From the NCBI GenBank assembly GCA_965153455.1, contig OZ234494.1, positions 6,634,001 to 6,698,000 of the forward strand: a stretch of 64,000 nucleotides of DNA, written 5' to 3'. This stretch comes from Sphagnum compactum (Eukaryota). Positions 55,101 to 64,000 of this stretch are shown here, piece by piece. Position 1 is the first letter of the stretch. Each line of letters starts with the position of its first letter. The notes under the pieces were generated by a model, which saw only the letters and a list, made by a program, of their open reading frames with translations, ran no database searches and was not told the DNA's origin. Made by a program: the position numbers and the translations under genes.

Positions 55101-56499
55101 ACATGCCATGTCATTGCTTGGTGTTAGGATAACATTTAAGTGTAAACACAATGTATCTTGCATTTTTTTAAACATTCCATTTACCAACACTTTAATTCCA
55201 AGTGTGTATGTACCATAATAAAAACAAATTGAAGCATCCTTCTATATTGGCTACGTATTGGAACCTATTGTAGAATTCTGGCAGTTTATTCTTTTAGAAG
55301 TTAAAAACCTGGCAAACCTATTTGGGCCATTTTCCCTTTAAAAGACCTTTATGTGGATTGAAATCAGATTTTTTAGGTTGAAAATTTGTGAATATTTACC
55401 AAGAAAAAAATCACCACTTTGGTGGCTATAATCTGATGGATTAAATAGAATACTCCTGAAAGGAAAATATTTACCCCAAAACTGTGTTCCTCATCAAATG
55501 GAATGGAAGAAATAGAATCCATCACTCAAAAATACAAAAAAAAAACCATGATGACATGGATCTTATAATGTGGAACTAGAGTTAACCAATTTAGCAAGTT
55601 TTTTGAATTTGGAATGTTATTTAGTCACAAATTTGGCTACGTTCCATATTAGGTAATGGGTGTTTATTAGCATGGGTGTAATGCCTTGCTCTTTGAGCAA
55701 AGTTTAAATTGAACAAAATTCCCCCCAACCCTCCCCCCCCCAAATCTTTTTTTTTTTTTTTCCCCTCCTTCATTCTTTGGATGTCTCATATGGTTCTCAA
55801 TAATTCATCATTATTTATGTCAGATTTTTCATGTCCATGTAGATGTGCAAGGAAAAGAGGTTAAATAGATAGGCTTCAAAGAGGTAGGTTACTATATTTT
55901 AATATACATAACCTGGGCATGAAAAAGGCACATGTTAAAATTTCTTTTCATATCCATGTAAGTGGTAATCAGAAAGGAGTGAAGTAATTAGGCTTGGAAG
56001 AGGTAGGTATGAATGGCACATACACACATAGAACAATATTTTTTATTATATAGATTTTATTTAAGACCCATGCTTGATGTCACAAGATTAAATGCAATGA
56101 TAGATTTGAGACACCACAACCACATGTACATCTACAGCCCCAGTTTGGCTAGGTTGATGAATAAAAGTTTGGGGATGGGATGCCAAGGACAATGAATGAT
56201 ATTGGAGCGAGGACTAAATGGCAGGGTTGATGTAGTAATTGTCATGTAGAAAATTTTATTTTACTTTAATTAAATTCTGGTTTCTTCAGTTGAGTTCATT
56301 AGAAATTCTTAATTATCCAGTGGGATTGATCCCATGTGGACTGTAAAAACTTCTTATGAACTTCTTAAGCAGTGGAAGTTTCAAAGTAATGTGACCAAAA
56401 CCTGGAGTTGGGGAGAGGTTTTCTACCGTCTCTCCTCTTCACCCACCAACTTTTTCTTCATGCATCTTCACTTCCCACCTCATAAATTTTGCAACCTTC

Positions 56500-57000
56500 T
56501 AGAGGCCATAAAGAAGAACTTCCGAAATAGAAGCCAATACCAAAGTTTCACTCATAAGCTACGTTACTCATCAACAGCCTCCAAAGATTTGTAGGCACCT
56601 CCTTCATGATCTTTGATGCACTTAATTTTAGTAATCACAGAGGATTTCATGCACTGCTTCATGAATTCACCAAACCCTAATTTCTTGCATCAACCAGTGG
56701 GTTGTTAAGTGATTGGTATTTCAACCCACATCAACCCTATTTATGCATTACAGTAGAATATACCAACTTGGTGAGGTTCATCTCTTCATTGCTACAAGCA
56801 ACAACTTTCTAGTTTAGGTTTCATTTGAAATTTTGCTTGTTGTAGACTTATGTACATGCAAAAGGTCTACATTGTGTGGAAAATGGCCACAAACGCAGAA
56901 GTTTGGCATTGAAACTTTTCCATTGCATCAAGATTTGTACGCACTTATGGGTTCAAGAAGCAACCAAGGTTTTTTTCAATGAAAATCTTCCTAAGCCATA
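56500..57000 (+). mobile_element. Possible hAT transposase C-terminal remnant
   Basis: Weak decayed motifs FHALLH..NPNF (cf. LHAAAY.LNP.F) and SLALKLF (cf. LQ.LAIKLLS) in the expected order. Confidence 0.25.
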
Positions 57001-58054
57001 TGCTACTTTAAGTTTCAGCACCCAAGTGTGAAATCAATTATTTTTGGGGTGTCAACATATTTCAACACCTCACTTTTTATCTTCCAAGTTTTCAACATAG
57101 GGAGTGTAAACAATTTCTACAATTTCAGGCAAGTTAGTGAAAAAGATGAGGTTTTGAGACAAAGAAGGAAGGGAGAGAACAAAGAAGAATTTTTTCACTA
57201 GTAGGCAGATTTATTCTGAAATTTTAGACTTATCAGGAGAAATTTCCCAAAATTCTCAACAAGGAAAAATTGAATTAATATGTGTTGAAACATGTTGAAC
57301 AGTGAAGAGACTACAAGCCAATGCTCTATGTGGACATTGTAGGGTAAGGCATTAATGAGTAGTGGAACATTCACAAAATCCATGCCAACAATTTTTAACA
57401 AAACCTTACTTTGAAAATGTCAGCAGGCGTGGACATTGGAAACCAACCAATGGCATCCTTTCTAACAAAATGCTCTCCAACTAAATTATGGCTTTGGGAA
57501 GTATTAAATCTTACAACCCAAAAAACCCAGGGGCAAATATATAGTTTCAATAAATATATATAGTTATATAGTTGGCAACAGGGTTTTTTCTTTGCTCAAG
57601 TAGGTCCACTGCTGAGGAATAATTACCATTAGAAGGCAACTGTCTTAGGTTGGCTCTAGCATTTTTCCAAAAGTGCTACTACAAGTGGCAACCTAGGAAG
57701 TGCCTAGGTCACAATGTCTATAATTTAATTATTTTATTTCGAAAAATGGTGAAAAAATCTGTAGAAATCACTATTTTTGATTTTTTTTCAAATTCTGAAA
57801 AAATCGCCAAGTTGCATAATTTGGCAACCAAATTTTTTTAAAAGCACTAGCCTAGTTGGCAACTAGAAAGTGAAAGGCTGTTGGAGCTCCAGTGGCTCTC
57901 TGAGAATAAATCTCATCAAAACAAAGAGTCCATGACGTTCCCCAAAACCTGTCAGATTCTTTTCAATCATCCAACACTGGCGTTTTTTCATCCATCAGTG
58001 TTAGATCTTAGGTACATATTTGTGATTGGGTTGCAAAGATTTTTATTTTTTTGG

Positions 58055-59043
58055 TTATAAAGCGAAGAGGGTCACCATCGCCAACACTGCTGAAGCTCCT
58101 GCCATTATAGCAGCTACAGTAGCTGCGTTTGGGACCAGAGCGCAGCTGCCTGCAGACGAGCTTTGAGCCGATCCGGGGCCAGGAGCTTCGACTGTGCCGG
58201 GACCAGACGCGATGGCAGGGCTCACAGCTCGAGGAGAAGAAGCTGGGGTGATAAAGCTGGGAGAACCAACTGGTGCATGAGAACTGAATGGTGAGCCTGC
58301 TGGAGTGAGTGCACGTTTAGGTCTAGGAGCTCTGATGGGAGTGGGAATAGGAGAGCTAGTAGGGTGAGATGTGGGAGGTGGAGCTAGAGGAGGTGAAGGT
58401 AAGGAAATTGTGGGTGGAGGTGGAGCTGGCAGAGGCGGTGAAAGTAAGCTGGGTGTGGGAGCTGCTGGTGAAGGCAGAGGTGGTGAAGGTAAGGGTGTGG
58501 GGGATGGACTAGGCAGACTAGGAGGAGGTGAAGGTAATGGTGTAGTAGCTGGGGGCGAGGGTAGTGATGTGGAAGGTGTGGGAGAAGGAGAAGGAAATGG
58601 TGGTGAGGGTAGGGGTGGAGATACTAGGGTTACTGGTGGTGAGGAAGCTGGAGGTTGGAGTACTTTGTGACCAGGGACATGAGGAGGAGGAGAAAGAGGG
58701 AGAGTCTTAGGGGGTGGTGGAGAATGAACTGGAGGAGGAGGAGGAGGAGGAGCAGAGTGTACCACAGCAGGAGGAGGTGATAGTGGTGGAGAAACATTGA
58801 CTACCTTTGGGGGTGGAGCTTCTGAAGATCCGCCAGCAGGCAATACATTGACTTTTAACAGCATACCAGCGCCGGAACAATGCGTTGGAAAGCCACAAAT
58901 GAAGTAAAATGTGCCAGGAGAATCCAAGGGGATAATATCATCTCCGCTGCTGTAAGTTTGCAAAGGATTTAGGGTATTGCAGGTATTGTAGTCCGCTGCA
59001 GACACTGCTTCCACGTCGTGGGATTCTGCTTGGTACTTGAATT
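58055..59043 (-). CDS. Phytocyanin exon 2: Cu-binding domain, Ser/Pro-rich extensin/AGP-like region and GPI-anchor-type tail; spliced protein 393 aa
   Basis: SHDV, YNTC and GTFYFICGFPTHCSGAGM give ligands H/C/H/M plus the disulfide Cys pair. More than 200 aa of SPP/SPPP/APP/TP repeats follow. The protein ends in SSSAG plus the hydrophobic tail VAAIMAGASAVLAMVTLFAL. Confidence 0.93.
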
Positions 59044-59644
59044 CTGCGAGCACACCATATATAATGAAATCAGACATGCATGCCAATATATCAGCTGCCT
59101 GACTTGACGTGACTTGCATCACCAGATTCCACCATATCAAATTGAATGCAATTAAAGAATTATGGGAACAACAAATAAAAATCCAAGACAAGTTACTACT
59201 ACTCCAAATTAACATTGAACATATCCACAATTTCATATCAAATTCTTATAAAAGACATGCTACGCATTCATAGCCATTTTCAAGACTATAAAACTTTAGG
59301 GTATACGCAAGTCCTATACCCTAAACTATAGCGAACCTAAACCTGTTTTAAATGGGGGAACACCCTAAGTTCAATTTTGAAAAGAGGCCAGTTATCCAGC
59401 TAAGTTCCAATGACAATTCCAACAAAACTCGAAACCTCTGATCTGGAGACCCTAGAACCTGACCTAAATAACCTGGACCTGAACCGGCCTAAATCCCAGA
59501 ACCTGCCAACACTGGTTGCAACCACACAGTCATCTGATAATAGAGAACCACATGAGGAAGGCAGATCGCGTATTAGCTAGCTAGCAGCTTGAGGTCCTAC
59601 TGGAAATGTTTGTTACTCAATATGGATCATGTATGATTACGTAC
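59044..59644 (-). other. GT-AG intron (601 bp) of the phytocyanin gene
   Basis: GTACGT...CTCGCAG. Splicing restores GDKL-E-FKY, the typical phytocyanin intron position. Confidence 0.9.
59388..59515 (-). repeat. Short repeat/MITE fragment inside the phytocyanin intron
   Basis: Reiterated GAACC/GACCT motifs ending GAACCTGCCAACACTGGT. A similar end, GAACCGGCCAACATTGGT, occurs at about 18867-18884. Confidence 0.4.
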
Positions 59645-59837
59645 CCAGCTTGTCACCGACGAAGAATTTGATCCCAGCTGCCCAGTCACTGTATTGTGTT
59701 GGGCTAACAGCATAATTCCATCCCGCTGCACCTCCCACCTCATATGTAGTTCCCTGTGCCGACGAAGACGCGGCCGCTGATAACAAGCCAAGCACCACTA
59801 CCACTGCTGCAGCTGTTGTTGCTGTTGAGCCCCTCAT
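59645..59837 (-). CDS. Phytocyanin (uclacyanin-like blue copper protein) exon 1: signal peptide and start of the plastocyanin-like domain
   Basis: Hydrophobic leader MRGSTATTAAAVVVVLGLLSAAASSSAQG, then TTYEVGGAAGW...YSDWAAGIKFFVGDKL. Phase-1 donor G|GTACGT at 59645/59644. Confidence 0.93.
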
Positions 59838-61187
59838 ATTCAGAGTCTTGACCTAACGTATTGAGTACAGTCAAACCGGGATGAAAAGAAATCCTTAATT
59901 GAACCTCCCAATTTCTCCAAGCCAGATCACTTGCAAATCCTCAGATCATCAAATTATTAATTCCTCCACCTATATCATGACTCAAAAACTTCCAAGACTT
60001 ATAATGTAACACACTATAAGTACCCTAACTAGTTAGCAAGTTAGCAAAAGCTTGCTGCTTCAGCACCAGCACCAGCACCAGCAGCTTCCAAACAGATCCT
60101 GGTTTCAAATGAGTCTTGACAATTTCATGACTGAAAATCTCAACTAGTTTAGAAATTTCGTTGGAAAACTGAAGCCCAGCTTGCTTTGAGCTTTCCAGCT
60201 CCTGACATATAATAATAAGTCTTCACCATTGTAGATCAGGTGGCAATAATCGTCCAGCTAAATCAACTATGGCCCGGACTCCTGATCACTGGCAACATCT
60301 GTTGCAATGGTGCAGCCTTGTAGCTGCAACTACAGCTAGTCTTTCCCAATTTTAGGAATTGATAGCAACGGATCATGATTTGGTTGGGGGAGAGAATGAG
60401 GGGGAGGAAAGTTGAGAGGAAATTTTTAGTAGCGCTTCTTTTGTTTTTTTTTGTTTTTGTCAACTAAGTCTAACAATAGAGATCTAAAGTGACTGATCTA
60501 GAGAGATGATCGACCCATGATTTACAACAGACCCCCTGCTGCAAAGAGTTGACTGATCTTCCAATTGGGAAAATTCGCCACTGCCAGCCAATTTTGCACT
60601 GGCAGCAAGCTGCAAACCCAATTTATCTGAGCTGCATCATGGCACCAGCAGCTGCTTATATTATACCTGATCATATATAGATATAGCAATATAGAACTGC
60701 TCGATGGAGGGATCGGGTATTTTGATTTTTCCAAGAATATATTCAACTCCCAGCTGTGCTCCCAAATAAGCTGATTAGGTCATAATTTAGAACGTGACCA
60801 TACATATATACATGCATACATACATACATATTATACCTATTACTACTGATGTTTGGCACAAAAATAATTTGTAATTTAAGGTCTAGTTGTAAAAAAGGGA
60901 AAACATTTATTGATATTGGCTGAAACTGTTGAAAATTGAACTCCCAACTTGAGACATTAAACTATTTATTGTTCCAACCATTGGGTGGTTATTATCACAA
61001 ATTTACACGACGAAACAAAAGGTGTACTTTGCATTGTGGTTCTGCATATGTTGAAATTCTGGAAAATTAAATTTGGTCACTACTTAAGCTCATTTTGTAC
61101 AATAAATAAATATTCAACAAAGAAGTGCCAAACATCCACCCTAGGTATGGCATATACATACACACATAATCACATTGTCTTCGCAGA

Positions 61188-61350
61188 GTAGCTAATGAGT
61201 TAGCTAGCTAGCTAAGATGGCTAGGTAGTTAGCTAGCTGATTAGTTGCCTAGCCAGCTAATTAGTTAGTCAGCTGAATAATTAGCTAATTAGCAAGCTAG
61301 CTAAGGTGGGCTAATTACTCGCTAGCTAGCTCACCTTAGCTAGCTAATAG
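61188..61350. repeat. Degenerate (TAGC)n self-complementary low-complexity tract
   Basis: Dense AGCT/TAGCTAGCTA reiteration over about 160 bp. Confidence 0.85.
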
Positions 61351-64000
61351 GAAAGAGTATCATCACCTGCTGGCTGACTACATGAATGGGCCGCTGCTTT
61401 CGGGCTCCAGCCCAGTGTGGTGCAGTTATTAGTATCTGCTACAGATACCTCCTGATTATCAGCCCTCGTATATACTAACTTAACGAGACATGGGTTCAAA
61501 AAAAACAACCAGTTTTCTCCAAAAACAAATTCAAAAATTCAAAAAACTGATTTTCTAACTGTCAATTCTTTGCTGGTTCTATCATGATGGCTGTTGATTC
61601 TTTGTTTCTGAAATAACTAGAACCAATGGTTCCAGCGTTTTTTTTTTGTGGCAAAATTTCGCCACTTGGTGACAAAAGAAAGTCCTTTGCGAAGGCCCTT
61701 AAGGAATTAGGGTGAATTTTTTTGAAAAATTCATTAGGAATCAATGACGAGCAACCTGGCTATAGCTATCCAAAAGAGTAATGAACAAGATTTGTCGCCA
61801 TCACTATTGAAGTGAGGTGACCACTGGATGCCACCCTACCCCCTTCTCATCACTTTTAGTCACGTCGTCACCTAGTTGGGGTGTTTTGCTATCTCCACTT
61901 GTACCGCAAGATCAGATTTGTAATTGCCTGCAAAATGGAGCTTCAATTTTTTCTGTTCATAGCTGATGTTGTAGGATGAGATTTTGGTCATTAAGGTTTA
62001 GGTTTAAAATTTAATATGTTTGGCATTCAGTAACAAATCCCATAGGTTGTGAAAAATGAATTATGGAGGTTTTGATAAGCATGTTTTGCTTCAAAATGCA
62101 AGCACAACACTAAATGGTGTGACCATGAGAGGTATAGTAATTGACTTGTGTTCTCATTAATTATGGCAATTGTGGTGCAAATTGTTTTAGAATTTGAAAG
62201 TTGGACTATTGTTGAATCAACTTGGGTGTTGCATCAAGTGCAAGGTCCATTTGATTTCTTGCTTTCATAGAGTTGTGGAAGTTGCAACAACAATGTGCAA
62301 ACAAATTTTTAAGTACACAAGAAAACATAATGTTGATTTTTTTTCATTTTCTGTGATTTTTTTCTTGTATTCCAATTGTGAAGAGGTGAATACCAAGAAG
62401 TGGCAACACAAAGGAGATAGGGTCTCATAAACCACCTTGAAGAACATAATTGGCTCCATCAACTTTGATTTTGGTGTTTGTTGTATTTTCAGTTTGTTTT
62501 TGTTTTGATGCAATCTTGTGGTGGCTCAACATTAGAGCAAGAGTTTACATCCTAGGTGTTTTTTTGCATGTTTTGTTTTGGACATTGTGTACAATGTTGA
62601 AGTGGTTTTATTGTGTAGTTATTCTGGTTTGAAACTCTATTGCCAAATGTCAAAGTTGAAAGGGTTTGTGTAATGAAATGAGGTGAAGGAAGATGAAATG
62701 AAGTGCATGAGATGAAGTGATATGTTGTTGTTGGAGCTCAAGGGTCTAGGTGTGTTGTTTTTCGATGCATACACTACTTTCAATTGAATTCAAACCCCAA
62801 GGTAATTATTAGCATCAATTTTCATTTCTTGGGTGAAAGCACATTAAGGGTGAATCACTTTTCACCAAAAAAGGTGATGTATAATGAATATTATAGTACG
62901 TAATAAGTTAAAATCTTGATAGTGTTCTTTGGCTAGGAATTTAAGCATGTTCAACGCTGAATATGGGATGCATATGAAAAAGAAGGGGTGTATAATGAAG
63001 TGTTGGAAGGGGCTAGAACTAAATTTATTCTTGAAAGAATGTGTCAAGATCTCACACATCAATATGTGCTCACAAACACAGCGTGTTTGGCACCATGGGT
63101 TTGGTAATTTACCATAACCCTTGAATATAACAAAAAGGGACTCACTTATGTGAAGTTAACACATGAAGCATATACACATTGAAATAAACACATCAATCAC
63201 GAATTTTCAATTAGTAATGGACTTTATAATCTTAGCAAAGCTGAGTGTCACAAACTATAATATCTTGGACATGGACTTTTATCTTACAATGTGTTTATGC
63301 AATGAATGTGAAACTTTGAGATATAAAATATTTGAAGTTTAAGACATTAAAGGTTCATTTAGTGACTGAAACATTGTTTTAACTTTTGTGTTCCATAACA
63401 TCAAATATGCAGCCTTTTGAAATATTTCACAAAGTCCATAAAGGCATAAAAAATGTTGATTTTCTTGATTTTGTTTTAAGGAAGACCTTTTTAATGGTCT
63501 TTAACATCGTGGCCCCAAAAACAAATTGGAAAAATTTGAATTTTTGGAATGAAAGTTACATGGTCAATTTTAAGCCAATTTCGAATACATTAGAAATGGA
63601 CTTTCAAAAGGGACTTTGATTTGCTAGTTTTGGTCCACTTTAATATGTTTTCACCTTGGAGTACTTTCAATTGTGTTGGGCTGCATCATTTGAGCAACCA
63701 CATTGTGGAAAGGCAATTGAAGACACAAGGTCTAACATGATGAAATGAGGGCCAATATATGAAAAAATCTAATTGTATGAAATGGATGCTGCAACAAGTC
63801 TACTAAGTTATTATCTCTTTACATTTCCAATACTTACCTTTAAATAGATATTGCAGTTGTTGATTATAGATAATATAATGACTCCACAGAAAAAGTTGTG
63901 ATTGTCATCATAGCAAAGGGGTTATTGATTTAAAGTATTGTTTGCACATCTGATTATTTATTTGTTGTTGGCCTTACATATTTGGAAGTTGCATATGAGG

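Noticed and set aside
58371..58670. Gly-rich plus-strand ORF
   Set aside because: Reverse-complement image of the Pro/Ser codons of the phytocyanin.
59044..59236. N-terminus of the 393-aa ORF-track entry (MKLWICS...)
   Set aside because: Intronic read-through. The true N-terminus comes from exon 59837-59645.
37674..59837. GPAT plus phytocyanin as a cell-surface gene cluster
   Set aside because: Only two convergent genes 18 kb apart with TE debris between them. There is no sequence evidence for co-regulation.

Overview
AT-rich, gene-poor eukaryotic DNA from a land plant. It is probably a bryophyte, since several repeats resemble, from memory, abundant Sphagnum repeat families (inference, not verified). 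Two intact, spliced protein-coding genes are supported. (1) A two-exon sn-2 glycerol-3-phosphate acyltransferase of the GPAT4/6/8 type with intact HAD-phosphatase and PlsC motifs (+, 37674-38564 joined to 38746-39705, 616 aa). (2) A two-exon phytocyanin with a full H/C/H/M copper site, a long Ser/Pro-rich extensin/AGP-like stalk and a GPI-type C-terminus (-, 59837-59645 joined to 59043-58055, 393 aa). The rest is mostly decayed transposon sequence: a LINE ORF2 fossil (about 12.3-14.7 kb), a 4.2 kb inverted pair of non-autonomous CACTA-like elements with a 25/50-bp minisatellite and a tRNA-like segment (19.4-23.6 kb), an LTR-like fragment interrupting a decayed coiled-coil/RING-like gene (43.8-45.7 kb), hAT-type and other MITEs, small hairpins and recent local tandem duplications. 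I see no CRISPR array, rRNA, intact tRNA or operon, and no clearly new biological system. The most unusual items are the CACTA foldback structure and the decayed RING/PHD-like locus.
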